Positions 33,814 to 44,424 of a DNA stretch of 64,000 bases are shown in pieces (the stretch's first letter is position 1; the number at the start of each line of letters is the position of its first letter). The stretch lies in assembly GCA_019828565.1 (NCBI GenBank), contig JAHDYR010000031.1, forward strand, positions 1 to 64,000. The letters are read 5' to 3'. The notes beneath the pieces were generated by a model. That model saw only the letters and a list, made by a program, of their open reading frames with translations. It made no database searches and was not told the DNA's origin. A program made the translations under genes and the position numbers. Source of the stretch: Carpediemonas membranifera BICM (Eukaryota; Protista; Fornicata).

Positions 33814-36800
33814 CTACCCGCGAGGAGTCCAGGCACAGTCCCCGGCCATTCTCCCATGGGCCACCAGCAGTCCGCGAACCAGCCCGCCGAGGTGGGTCAT
33901 CTGATTAGCAGTCGCCCTGAGGTTGACCAGAGTCTCTTCGTCCCCGTGCAGAATCGCCTCGTTCACGGGCAGGATTAGCCATGAAAAGTCCATGTCGGTC
34001 AACGGCAGGACAGCTGCGCACAGCAGCGCGACGAACGACGTGGGGCTACCGAACCCGCTAGACTGCAGCATGTCGATAGCCAGCTCGCCGAGGTACACGA
34101 GTTGCTCGCGGTGAACGTCGGATCGAATGGCATCGAAGCGCTTGACGATCGGCAGGATGACGCGGCCGACCATGTCTGGTGTGCCGGGGCGAGCCGGGTC
34201 AGCCGACTTCTTGCCCTTGCCCTTGCCCTTGGTGGGCGCTGCCTGGACGATGTGGCACTGTTCCATGGCTGTTGACAGCACGCCGAGAGCAATCCGCCTC
34301 ACCAGGTAGTGCTCGGATTCCGCCAGGGCCCGCACGAGCAGGGGCCCGACACCAGCGTCATCCAAGGCGGGGGCCAGCCGCGGAAGCCCACGGGAGACCG
34401 CGAAGAGCGCGGCAGCAGAAGCGGCGGGGTCGCGGGCGTCCAGAGCGAGGGCGAGCAGCTCAACGACGGGACGTACGATGGCCCCCACAGTGGCAGGGTC
34501 CGCGCCTCCCTCCACGAGGGAGTCCATCGCGGCAAACGACCAGACCACGGGCCTGGCGTCCGGTACATGGTCAGCCTCCGCGTCGGGGGCGATCTCAGGG
34601 AGCTCGTGCGGCGGGAGGACCGCGTCAGCGCCAGCGTCGGTCAAGTCGGGTGCCGTACCGTCGTAGAGCCCGGCATAGTCCATGGCGGCGTTCATGGCGC
34701 GTGCACTGGCCTCAACCGCCGGAGCGATGGCAGCAAAAGCGCCTGGATGTCTACACGCGATGTAAGTGCCGAAATTGACGACCGCAGCGTGGCCCGCGTT
34801 GTCGAAGCCGGAAGTAGGGAGTGCCTTGGCCTTCTTCCCGGTCTGCAGGGCGGCTGCGGCGAGTCCGATGGCTGAGCTGGCCCAGCTGGGTTCGTCCCCG
34901 GTGAGATCCGCCGTCCCCTCTGCCACGTCCAGCATCGGCGCGATGGCGGACAGCAAGCCCATGACGCGGCTGCCGTCCTCCCCAGGAAGCATCCCGGCCA
35001 TTAGCTGGACGAGAGACCCGCGGGACCGTCCTTCCATGGCCGGCCACGGCTCACGCTGGTCCAGGGCCAGGGGCGGGCCGTCTGGGCGTGGCGGGGGTGT
35101 GGTGAGGACGCTTAGGACTACGAAGAGGGTCGTCTGCGGGTCCATGGGCAGTACGGCTGTCCAGGGCAGGGGGGCTGCGATCCCCGCCACGTCGAGCACG
35201 AACGTGGTCGGGTTGGCCGTCATCAGCGCGAAGATGGCCGTAACAGCGTCGGCCCGTGCGGACCCCGCTGCGCCGACGAGGGTGCGGGTGGCGTGGAGGA
35301 AGTCAAAGAGGCACTGAAGCACGCCGGCCCACGTACTCGTCGCCCGCAGCACAGGCTCCAGCTGCTTGATGCGGCGGGCGGCGACGCGTAGCACAGCGTC
35401 CGTGAGGCCAGTCGGGCCGTCCGTGGTGAGCGCGGCGCTAACGACAGATGCCATGGCGGTGATGGACGCGGGGCTGCTCTGCTCGTCGAGCTTGGCCGCC
35501 AGACCGTCGACCACAGCGCCGAGGGTGGCTGCCACGTGGCAGTCGCTGGCCATAGGCACGACGCGGGCGACAATAGTCCAGAGTGTGTCTTGCTCCCCGT
35601 CGATGACAGTGTCCGGCGCCCGGTCGACCACCGCGGCGAGGGTGGCGCATAGCTCAACAGTCGCGAGCACGACGTCGGCTGCCTCGTCTGGAGTGCTGTC
35701 AGCCACGGCGTCGAGGGCGGCAGCGACGAGGGGCTCCACTGCACTGGGCAGCAGCGAGAGCGGGGTGACTGTGCGGCCCAGTAGGGAAAGGGCGCCGGCC
35801 ACGCCCTGGGGCCCAATGTCGGCATACCTGTCGAGGAGGGGCGCGATGAGCGACGAGACGAAGAAGGCGAGCAGGGGCGCCACGGTGGGCAGCGAGTTGA
35901 ACAGCAGTGTCAACCGGGAAAGACCGCTCGAGACGTCGGCAGCGTCGCCCGACAGCTGGCACACGAGAGAGTCGAGGGCGAGCTCGGGGTCGACCGCGGT
36001 CACGGCCAGCAGGGCGTCCGTAACGGCAGAGAAGGAGGAGAAGCACTCGTCCAGCAGCAGGTCGACCAGGGGTGCCACGAGTGCGGGGATTACGGGCGGC
36101 AGGGCTCCGAGGGCGCCGTCGTGGGGCTGGATGACTGTCGCCCAGCCGCGGACGGCGAGCACCATTGGGTGGACGCTGGGGAACAGCAAGGCGTCGTCCT
36201 CGAGCAGCGCCGCGATGGGCACGGGCATGGTGACGCCCTCGGGCCGCTGCACGGGGCAGGGCGCGAGCTCCAGCGGCTCGAGGGGCCGGCGGAGGTGCGA
36301 CTCGCCCGTGATCATCGCATACGCCTGCGTCAGCTCGGTAACGTGCGACCACAGCGCGTGTAGCGCGAGGGCAGCGCGGGTGCGGACGTTGATGTCGTCG
36401 TTGTACAGCTGCGCGCACACGGTCGCCTTCGTCGCTGTCGGTACGTGGAGCGCGCACGCCAAGAACACCATCGCCGCGTCTCTGGCAAAGTCAGCGGTCG
36501 TGTCCCCCAGGAACGCGAACGCCACGCCCGCCAGCACCCTGAGATCTGGCTCGGTCAGGCGGCACGCAAATACGGACAGTGCGGCCATGGCGGCGTGCCG
36601 GGTGCTGTGGGATGGGAAGTCGAGCGTCGCTATGGTAGCACGGACGTGCGTGACCAGCATCGCGAGGGGGGATGCGGGTGAGGCGTGCTGAGCGAGCAGG
36701 GGCCGCATGGCGTTCTTGAAGACGGCGACGGCCTCGACATCGCACTCGTTCGGGGCCACGATCATCTGTCGCAGCATTCCGATGCAGCTCGGCGGGTCCG

Positions 36801-38265
36801 ACGTTGGGGTGACACCGTAGACGGCAACCAGGGTCTGCACCAGCAGCACCCGCAGGACGACAGGGTGATCGCCCGCTAGCGCCTCCGACACGGCCCCAGC
36901 CCAATCCTCGAACACCGCAACACACGCAGCTCGGTCCTCGGGGGTGATCGTGGAGGCGAGCTGGCGGTGTCGGCGGGTCTCAGCGATCAGGAGCGTCAGC
37001 AGAGCGAGGGCACCGTCCGCAGAGCTCTGTGCGAGCGTGGCGGACACGAGCTGGCCGGGGATGATGGTAGGCAGCCCCACGCACTCCGCCAGGATGTATA
37101 GGCGTGCGATGGCCCGTGGTACGTCGCCGCCCGGCTCCTTGAGGTCCCGTAGAATTGGGTAGTAGGCGAACGACGCGTAGTCCCGCGCCAGCGTCCGTAC
37201 CAGCGTCACCAGCGGCTGTGACGACGGGGCAGCGAGGGGCGTGGCCGCGGCGTGGTCCAGGGCGGCCATGACGACCTCGGGCACGATGTACTGCGCCACC
37301 TCGTCGTCGGCCAGCACGGCCGTCAGACGTGCCATGCGGGACTCGAAGTCGGGGTGCTCCGGGTAGACTACGGTGCGCCTCGTCTCGGCCATGGCCTGTT
37401 GGAAGTGGGCGTCGAGCAGACCGATCAGGAGACGAGGCCGGCCCGCCCCCAGCATCGCACGGGTGAGACGGGTGACGGACGCCGGGTCGACGAGAGACAT
37501 CGGCACCAGCCCAGCCATCTCCCACGCCCCTTCGACGTCCAGCTCGAGGGCCCGGGCGAGTGCGGCGCTGAACTGTGCCCGGGAGCCAGGGAGCACAGCA
37601 GCGTCCGTGTGGGCGTTCACAGCGTCGTCAGGGTGGTCGTCCGCATCGTCGTCCAGGGTCAGCACCATGGGCTTCCTGAGGCTGCCGCTGACTGGGCTGG
37701 CGGCGACCTCGATCGCGGGGCCGGGGCGGGCTGCCGCAGCGGCGGACAGGCCAGCCCAGCGGCCCATGAGCTGCTGCACGGCCCATGCAATCACTGAGAC
37801 GGAGCTAGTGGCAACGATTACGCTGTAGAGGACGGTGGCCGGGTCGGGAACGGCCCCCAGCACCATGTTGGCGAGCTCGGAAACGTTTGTGGGGAACTCA
37901 GTGGCGTGAGACGCCGCACAGTCGATTATTGACGGGATGTACGACGACACGCGGCCCTGGAGGCAGTGTACGAGACGGTAGAGCATGGACACGCCCTGGG
38001 GAACGTCCTGGTCGACGTGTTTGATGCAGAGGGTCGCTAACGCATCGATGTTGCCGGCAGATAGAAGCGAGGCATCAGACTCGAGTTTGTCGAACGTTTG
38101 TGTGAGAAAAGACTGGATGGACTTTGCATCTGGGGACTCTGGCGAGGAAATGAGCACCGAAAGCAAATGATTCAGCACCGGTGTAAAATTCGCATCGCTA
38201 GGGGACAATTGCCCCTTCTTAAGCAAGGAAGCTACGTTAGGAGCTTTGCCCTTCCCTTTTGCCAT
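33814..38265 (-). CDS. Large HEAT/ARM-repeat protein (possibly UNC80-like)
   Basis: 1483-aa helical ORF with host codon bias. VRTRAALALHALW and LLLDE...AVDPELAL recall UNC80 segments (weak). Confidence 0.7.
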   Translation of the reverse strand: MAKGKGKAPNVASLLKKGQLSPSDANFTPVLNHLLSVLISSPESPDAKSIQSFLTQTFDKLESDASLLSAGNIDALATLCIKHVDQDVPQGVSMLYRLVHCLQGRVSSYIPSIIDCAASHATEFPTNVSELANMVLGAVPDPATVLYSVIVATSSVSVIAWAVQQLMGRWAGLSAAAAARPGPAIEVAASPVSGSLRKPMVLTLDDDADDHPDDAVNAHTDAAVLPGSRAQFSAALARALELDVEGAWEMAGLVPMSLVDPASVTRLTRAMLGAGRPRLLIGLLDAHFQQAMAETRRTVVYPEHPDFESRMARLTAVLADDEVAQYIVPEVVMAALDHAAATPLAAPSSQPLVTLVRTLARDYASFAYYPILRDLKEPGGDVPRAIARLYILAECVGLPTIIPGQLVSATLAQSSADGALALLTLLIAETRRHRQLASTITPEDRAACVAVFEDWAGAVSEALAGDHPVVLRVLLVQTLVAVYGVTPTSDPPSCIGMLRQMIVAPNECDVEAVAVFKNAMRPLLAQHASPASPLAMLVTHVRATIATLDFPSHSTRHAAMAALSVFACRLTEPDLRVLAGVAFAFLGDTTADFARDAAMVFLACALHVPTATKATVCAQLYNDDINVRTRAALALHALWSHVTELTQAYAMITGESHLRRPLEPLELAPCPVQRPEGVTMPVPIAALLEDDALLFPSVHPMVLAVRGWATVIQPHDGALGALPPVIPALVAPLVDLLLDECFSSFSAVTDALLAVTAVDPELALDSLVCQLSGDAADVSSGLSRLTLLFNSLPTVAPLLAFFVSSLIAPLLDRYADIGPQGVAGALSLLGRTVTPLSLLPSAVEPLVAAALDAVADSTPDEAADVVLATVELCATLAAVVDRAPDTVIDGEQDTLWTIVARVVPMASDCHVAATLGAVVDGLAAKLDEQSSPASITAMASVVSAALTTDGPTGLTDAVLRVAARRIKQLEPVLRATSTWAGVLQCLFDFLHATRTLVGAAGSARADAVTAIFALMTANPTTFVLDVAGIAAPLPWTAVLPMDPQTTLFVVLSVLTTPPPRPDGPPLALDQREPWPAMEGRSRGSLVQLMAGMLPGEDGSRVMGLLSAIAPMLDVAEGTADLTGDEPSWASSAIGLAAAALQTGKKAKALPTSGFDNAGHAAVVNFGTYIACRHPGAFAAIAPAVEASARAMNAAMDYAGLYDGTAPDLTDAGADAVLPPHELPEIAPDAEADHVPDARPVVWSFAAMDSLVEGGADPATVGAIVRPVVELLALALDARDPAASAAALFAVSRGLPRLAPALDDAGVGPLLVRALAESEHYLVRRIALGVLSTAMEQCHIVQAAPTKGKGKGKKSADPARPGTPDMVGRVILPIVKRFDAIRSDVHREQLVYLGELAIDMLQSSGFGSPTSFVALLCAAVLPLTDMDFSWLILPVNEAILHGDEETLVNLRATANQMTHLGGLVRGLLVAHGRMAGDCAWTPRG

Positions 38266-38362
38266 CTTGCTTGCGAGAAGTTTGGAATGTGAGCAAATCT
38301 GTCAAAACCTCTAATCGGCGCCAATGACGCTCGCAAGAACCCGACAGTCCATTTATGGCACT

Positions 38363-41300
38363 CTACATTCCTCCAAACGCCTTTCCTGATCCACCAAAGG
38401 CGGCTCCGATTCCGCCAACGCGTCCCTTCACACCCCCACCAAAGGGGTTGGCGGCGTTGGGTTTTTGGCCCCAAAACCCACCCATTCCGAAGCCTACGGG
38501 CGCCTGGGGCTCTTTTTGTTGCGACCCGGCCTGACTTGGTGACTGGCCGAACGGGTTTGCTGGGGCGGCAGGGGGTGCTCCAAAGGGGTTGGCAGGGGAC
38601 ACGCCGGCACCGGCCTGGGGCTGGAAGCCAGACTGGCTCTGTTGGGCACCGAAGCCGATGGCGGGCTTGGCACCAACACCAGCGGCGGGTGTGGCGCCGA
38701 AGCCGGGGGTGGCTGGCTTGGCGCCGAAGCCGAAGCCAGATGCGGGCTTGTCGTCGGTCTTCTTGACGCCGAACGCGCTGAGGTCGCTCCCGAATCCACC
38801 AGGCATGGGCGCGGCGGCGGGCTTGTCGTCGGTCTTCTCAGCGGGCTTGGCGCTGAAGCCGGGGGTGGCTGGCTTGGCGCCGAAGCCGAAGCCAGATGCG
38901 GGCTTGTCGTCGGTCTTCTCCGCAGGCTTGGCGCTGAAGCCGGGGGTGGCTGGCTTGGCGCCGAAGCCGAAGCCAGATGCGGGCTTGTCGTCGGTCTTCT
39001 TGACGCCGAACGCGCTGAGGTCGCTCCCGAATCCACCAGGCATGGGCGCGGCGGCGGGCTTGTCGTCGGTTTTCTCCGCGGGCTTGGCGCTGAAGCCGGG
39101 GGTGGCTGGCTTGGCGCCGAAGCCGAAGCCAGATGCGGGCTTGTCGTCGGTCTTCTTGACGCCGAACGCGCTGAGGTCGCTCCCGAATCCACCAGGCATG
39201 GGCGCGGCGGCGGGCTTGTCGTCGGTCTTCTCCGCGGGCTTGGCGCCGAAGCTGAAGCCAGATGCGGGCTTGTCGTCGGTCTTCTCAGCGGGCTTGGCGC
39301 TGAAGCCGGGGGTGGCTGGCTTGGCGCCGAAGCCGAAGCCAGATGCGGGCTTGTCGTCGGTCTTCTCCGCGGGCTTGGCGTCTACTGGGATGGGGGCCCT
39401 TTCTCGGTCGTGCAGCTGCTCCACGATGCGAGAGGGGCTCTCCCGGAAGCGTTGGAGTGGCCGGCAGTCGAGTGTGACACGTGACCGAGGCCTGCGGTCT
39501 GTATCCCGACTGACCTTGGCCGACATCGCCATGATGTCCATCACAGACATGCTGGCATCCAGGGCCTCGACTGGGTCGGGAGTCGGCTCCATCGAGAGAC
39601 GGCCTAGTATGGTGTCCAGGTCGGCTCCGAGGGCGGCAATGGCCGCTGTGTGGAGATGCAGGGTCTCCTGGACCATGTCGTCGTCAAACTCGACCACGCG
39701 GGGTGACGCCGCTGCCTTGAGTCGGCGGCGATTGAGGTCTCGGACCCGCTCAACGCCAGCCGGGGTGGGGCCGCGACGAGTCACGTGCCGCCGCCTCGAC
39801 AGCCCGACGGCCCGTGGTGCAACCGACCCGCCGAGACCGAGGGTACGCGCGATGGTTGCCGATGCATCCTTTGACATGGCCAGCTTCGTCTCGAGGGCTG
39901 CGATGGCCTTAGCGACGATGCCCACGGATTCGAAGACCACGTCACAGGTCAGTGCGACCTTCCCGGTCTCAAAGGCAGGGTCGATGCGGAGAGCCTTATA
40001 GTTGCCGTTGCAGAGCTCGCGGAGGGCCTCGAACTCGGCATCGACCTCGGTCAGCATTAGCGAAGCAACGGCTGCCGCGGTCATCGGCTCCTCGTCGGCC
40101 AACGCTGATTGCCCAAGTTTCTCAGAGGCGGCGGGCTTGTCGTCGGTCTTCTCCGCGGGCTTGGCGCTGAAGCCGGGGGTGGCTGGCTTGGCGCCGAAGC
40201 CGAAGCCAGATGCGGGCTTGTCGTCGGTCTTCTCCGCAGGCTTGGCGCTGAAGCCGGGGGTGGCTAGCTTAGCGCCGAAGCCGAAGCCAGATGCGGGCTT
40301 GTCGTCGGTCTTCTTGACGCCGAACGCGCTGAGGTCGCTCCCGAATCCACCAGGCATGGGCGCGGCGGCGGGCTTGTCGTCGGTTTTCTCCGCGGGCTTG
40401 GCGCTGAAGCCGGGGGTGGCTGGCTTGGCGCCGAAGCCGAAGCCAGATGCGGGCTTGTCGTCGGTCTTCTTGACGCCGAACGCGCTGAGGTCGCTCCCGA
40501 ATCCACCAGGCATGGGCGCGGCGGCGGGCTTGTCGTCGGTCTTCTCCGCGGGCTGGGCGCCGAAGCCGAAGCCAGATGCGGGCTTGTCGTCGGTCTTCTC
40601 CGCAGGCTTGGCGCTGAAGCCGGGGGTGGCTGGCTTGGCGCCGAAGCCGAAGCCAGATGCGGGCTTGTCGTCGGTCTTCTTGACGCCGAACGCGCTGAGG
40701 TCGCTCCCGAATCCACCAGGCATGGGCGCGGCGGCGGGCTTGTCGTCGGTCTTCTCCGCGGGCTGGGCGCCGAAGCCGAAGCCAGATGCGGGCTTGTCGT
40801 CGGTCTTCTTGACGCCGAACGCGCTGAGGTCGCTCCCGAATCCACCAGGCATGGGCGCGGCGGCGGGCTTGTCGTCGGTCTTCTTGACGCCGAACGCGCT
40901 GAGGTCGCTCCCGAATCCACCAGGCATGGGCGCGGCGGCGGGCTTGTCGTCGGTCTTCTCCGCGGGCTTGGCGCTGAAGCCGGGGGTGGCTGGCTTGGCG
41001 CCGAAGCCGAAGCCAGATGCGGGCTTGTCGTCGGTCTTCTTGACGCCGAACGCGCTGAGGTCGCTCCCGAATCCACCAGGCATGGGCGCGGCGGCGGGCT
41101 TGTCGTCGGTCTTCTCCGCGGGCTTGGCGCCGAAGCCGAAGCCAGATGCGGGCTTGTCGTCGGTCTTCTTGACGCCGAACGCGCTGAGGTCGCTCCCGAA
41201 TCCACCAGGCATGGGCGCGGCGGCGGGCTTGTCGTCGGTCTTCTCCGCGGGCTTGGCGCCGAAGCCGAAGCCAGATGCGGGCTTGTCGTCGGTCTTCTTG

Positions 41301-42451
41301 ACGCCGAACGCGCTGAGGTCGCTCCCGAATCCACCAGGCATGGGCGCGGCGGCGGGCTTGTCGTCGGTCTTCTCCGCAGGCCTGGCTGGGGGAAGTGCTG
41401 CGGGCTTGACGACCCAGCCGTCCTCCATGTCGACCACGGCGAACGGCAGCAGGCATCCCGAGGACCCCGCGACGAGGATCAGGGGCGCGGGACCGCTGTC
41501 CGGGTCAACGAAGCCGGTGCAGTCTAAGGCAATGCCGGAGACGGTGTCGTCGTCAGTGAGGAAGGGGACGTCATCGTAGCTCACCGCCCGGCCGGTCCCG
41601 TCGACCACGGTGATGTCGTCGGCGTCGGAGCAACCGATGGCGCACAGACCCGCCCCGCCCGCTATGCACAGCGCGGTCGGACCCGAGTCGTCTCTGACCG
41701 AGCTGCTGCCGATGGCCTCCTCCCCGACGGACTGGAGCCCGTCTGGCCCCACGGGGACGGCCAGGGGACTCTCCACGCCGCCCATGGCCGCCCGGGCCCG
41801 GTTGGACAGCACCAGCACGGCCCTGCCTGCCTCCCCGATGCCCGTGAGGACGGAATCCGCTTTCTTGGTGTCGGACCCACCAAGCTTGGCCACATCAGAG
41901 CCGACGGGCATCGCCTCGAGGGTCATGGTCTGGAGCGACAGGACGTGCACAGCCAGCCCACTGCCGGCGATGTATACTGTATCGTCAGTGCTGCCGTCTG
42001 CAGCACTGAATGCGACGGGGGACGGCAGGGAAAGGGACCCGAGCTCGGCCATCGTCTCGGAATACCGCATGAGCACCCCGCTCGCCAAGCCTACAAGGAG
42101 ACTGCCTGACGGACGGTGGAAAAACATGCCCGTGACCTCTGCAGCGGGTGTCGGCCCTGTGATCTCTGTGGACATGTCATCGTTGATGTGGCGCCGCATG
42201 ATGTGGCCGTTTGAGATGTAGTATATGCACTTTCCGCCATCAACAAGGAACTTTGCGATCGTGTAGATGCTGTGGAACGGATACTTCCCATCGCCATCCT
42301 CTGAGTCGGCAAATTCATGGAACTTCTTCGTGTTCGTCCACAACAATTCGTTCTCCAGGGCAACAAACAGAATTCCATATGTGTTGCTCACAAGAACGCA
42401 TGTTGGCTTTCCAGAGAACTCTGCAATGTTTAGTTCTCGGAAGCTCACCAT
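38363..42451 (-). CDS. FG-repeat nucleoporin, Nup214/Nup159-like
   Basis: N-terminal beta-propeller-like region (LVSNTYGILFVA), FG/GFG repeats, central helical region and C-terminal NPFG/FG tail. Confidence 0.85.
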   Translation of the reverse strand: MVSFRELNIAEFSGKPTCVLVSNTYGILFVALENELLWTNTKKFHEFADSEDGDGKYPFHSIYTIAKFLVDGGKCIYYISNGHIMRRHINDDMSTEITGPTPAAEVTGMFFHRPSGSLLVGLASGVLMRYSETMAELGSLSLPSPVAFSAADGSTDDTVYIAGSGLAVHVLSLQTMTLEAMPVGSDVAKLGGSDTKKADSVLTGIGEAGRAVLVLSNRARAAMGGVESPLAVPVGPDGLQSVGEEAIGSSSVRDDSGPTALCIAGGAGLCAIGCSDADDITVVDGTGRAVSYDDVPFLTDDDTVSGIALDCTGFVDPDSGPAPLILVAGSSGCLLPFAVVDMEDGWVVKPAALPPARPAEKTDDKPAAAPMPGGFGSDLSAFGVKKTDDKPASGFGFGAKPAEKTDDKPAAAPMPGGFGSDLSAFGVKKTDDKPASGFGFGAKPAEKTDDKPAAAPMPGGFGSDLSAFGVKKTDDKPASGFGFGAKPATPGFSAKPAEKTDDKPAAAPMPGGFGSDLSAFGVKKTDDKPAAAPMPGGFGSDLSAFGVKKTDDKPASGFGFGAQPAEKTDDKPAAAPMPGGFGSDLSAFGVKKTDDKPASGFGFGAKPATPGFSAKPAEKTDDKPASGFGFGAQPAEKTDDKPAAAPMPGGFGSDLSAFGVKKTDDKPASGFGFGAKPATPGFSAKPAEKTDDKPAAAPMPGGFGSDLSAFGVKKTDDKPASGFGFGAKLATPGFSAKPAEKTDDKPASGFGFGAKPATPGFSAKPAEKTDDKPAASEKLGQSALADEEPMTAAAVASLMLTEVDAEFEALRELCNGNYKALRIDPAFETGKVALTCDVVFESVGIVAKAIAALETKLAMSKDASATIARTLGLGGSVAPRAVGLSRRRHVTRRGPTPAGVERVRDLNRRRLKAAASPRVVEFDDDMVQETLHLHTAAIAALGADLDTILGRLSMEPTPDPVEALDASMSVMDIMAMSAKVSRDTDRRPRSRVTLDCRPLQRFRESPSRIVEQLHDRERAPIPVDAKPAEKTDDKPASGFGFGAKPATPGFSAKPAEKTDDKPASGFSFGAKPAEKTDDKPAAAPMPGGFGSDLSAFGVKKTDDKPASGFGFGAKPATPGFSAKPAEKTDDKPAAAPMPGGFGSDLSAFGVKKTDDKPASGFGFGAKPATPGFSAKPAEKTDDKPASGFGFGAKPATPGFSAKPAEKTDDKPAAAPMPGGFGSDLSAFGVKKTDDKPASGFGFGAKPATPGFGATPAAGVGAKPAIGFGAQQSQSGFQPQAGAGVSPANPFGAPPAAPANPFGQSPSQAGSQQKEPQAPVGFGMGGFWGQKPNAANPFGGGVKGRVGGIGAAFGGSGKAFGGM
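38690..39381 (-). repeat. Modular FG repeat block 2
   Basis: Near-identical modules KTDDKP / ASGFGFGAKP / ATPGFSAKP / AAAPMPGGFGSDLSAFGVK. Confidence 0.95.
40127..41381 (-). repeat. Modular FG repeat block 1
   Basis: Same modules in shuffled order. Confidence 0.95.
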
Positions 42452-42829
42452 CGTGCGTTTTCGACTCGACCTGCACTCAGCTCCAATGTGCAAAAGCCGC
42501 CTGATAGAGCTGTGTATTCTATCGCCACGTGTCTGGGCTGACTTTCTTTGTCGGTGCAGTTTATGATAAGCCTTTGTCGTCTGTCGTCCATCGTCTGTGT
42601 CGAACGCTGCTGTCTTCTTTCGCGTCTGTGCTCGTCTGTTACGCGCTCATCTGTCGTCCATTGCCGGCGTCTGAAGCTCATGTCGTCGTCGTCTTCGTCA
42701 TCTTAGTCTGTTGTGAGAGACACTAGTGGTGGAAAGCGGTTGTAGCTAGTAGTAAAGACGCTTTGTGTTGTATGATGCTGGTTTCTTGTGTTTTGAGGGA
42801 TGCTGCCAGCTGATGAACCCTGAAAAGAA

Positions 42830-44273
42830 ATGATCGATGCAGGCAGCTCAATAGACTGCATGCCTTCCAAGATATACACGGTGAAGGCTTCCGTTAACAA
42901 GGCCATTGGCGAGATTAACGGCGGAGGCGATAACAACGCGCCGCGGCGAGGAAATCTTGAACCGGGCATGCGTTCTTTCACGCAGGCTAAGTACACATTC
43001 ACTTGCCTGCTTGCGTACGTCGCTGCATCTGCGCACGTGTTGACCCCACCGAGGACGGTCAACCTGTTCGACCAGGAGGTCCTCAAGCAGATCGTCAGCA
43101 TTGCCAAGGGAAGAGAGTGCAAGGCAAAGGCAGCGGATCGGTGCAGGTGGATTGGCGACCTGGCGATGTGGAGGGACCCTGGCATAACCTCGCGGAGTAA
43201 CAGTGCTCACCCCAGCGATGAAGAGGCGCCTCCGTGTGCACGTGAATTGGCCGGCAAATAAGAACTTGACCGACGAGCAGGTTGATAGATACGAGCGTGA
43301 TCACGGCGACATCACCAAGCTCCGCAGAGTGCTCTCTGTGAGGACTGACAGGGTCTCTGTTGCTGTGAAGGTTTGGGTGGGTCGCGAGAAATACCGTGGC
43401 GGTCGGGTGGCTGACCGGCCCACGTACAAAAAGGGTAGCAATAACAAGCGGGCTCGGCTCGGTCAGGATGACGCCGAGGCTACTCCTGCCCCGGACATTC
43501 AAGCTCGCATGGGCTTCGACCCTGGTGCTCGGTCGCTGGACGGCTACACGATCCGCCGCCCAGACGGGCAGAGTGTATCTGGCGTTCTCGCTAAGTGTGG
43601 CTACACTGCCACCCCCTCTTTCCGCGTGAATATGAGCGCAGCATCGTTCAAAACGACAAGTCTAGAGGCTCTCAAACAGTCGATTAGGTTTGTCCATGAG
43701 AACATCGTTCAGATCATCAACGAGGGGACGAGAAAGTGTTTCCGCCGTGAGACTTTTGCCAATCACTGTCTGCGCCTGAAGCACTTCGCCCGGGCTGGAC
43801 GTCAACTCCTGGATGATCTCGGCGGGCGCCCCCCGGAGCCCATTCACCTCGAAGTCGCGTATGGGGCTGCACTGTTCGGTTCTGCCGGCACTCCCTCCTG
43901 TGCTCCGTACCGCCACTTTGCTCGAGCACTTCCTGGCATAATGCTCCGGCACAACGTCGTCGTGACTGTCACGATGGTCTCCGAATTCCGCACTTCCATC
44001 GTGTGCCCATACTGCAAAGCACACTTCAGACGTGTGGTGCACACACACCGCACCATGCTCTGCCAGAATCCCGCGTGCGAGGGAGCTCCATGGCGCGTTG
44101 AACGGCTACGTCGGCATCCCGAGCAGAGAGACATACTTCTCAATCTCTCTCACCGAGATAAGAGCGCCAGCGAGAACATCCTTTGGTGCACCTTCGATGC
44201 AACTTCAGATCAGATAGAGCAATCTCCTTTCCACTACGACTCCCAGAGAGGTGCTCTTCCTCGCTATCATTAA
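42830..44273 (+). CDS. Fanzor1-type (TnpB-family) RNA-guided RuvC endonuclease, ~480 aa, split by one frameshift between 43188 and 43261
   Basis: RuvC-I GFDPG; helix FRRETFANH; VAYGAALFGSAGTPSCAP; relocated Glu VSEFRTS; Zn finger CPYC...CQNPAC; RuvC-III HRDKSASENI; N-terminal YTVKASV strand. Confidence 0.85.
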
Positions 44274-44424
44274 CTTGCTAAGTTGAGCAAGCACGCGCTG
44301 CAGCGCGCGTGATATGCTGCGCACGGTTGATAGAGTATGATGAACCACACTGCGATCCTGATGCTGCTTGGATCACTGTGTGTTTTGGACTCAAGTATCC
44401 TTATCGATTTATACATGTACATAA

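Noticed and set aside
38494-41579. Long alternative-frame and antisense ORFs over the FG repeats; CRISPR-like appearance
   Set aside because: These are shadows of a stop-free coding repeat. There are no unique spacers or cas genes.
42721-42730. CACTAGT as a possible CACTA terminus for the Fanzor element
   Set aside because: No matching TAGTG right end or TSD was found near 44500.
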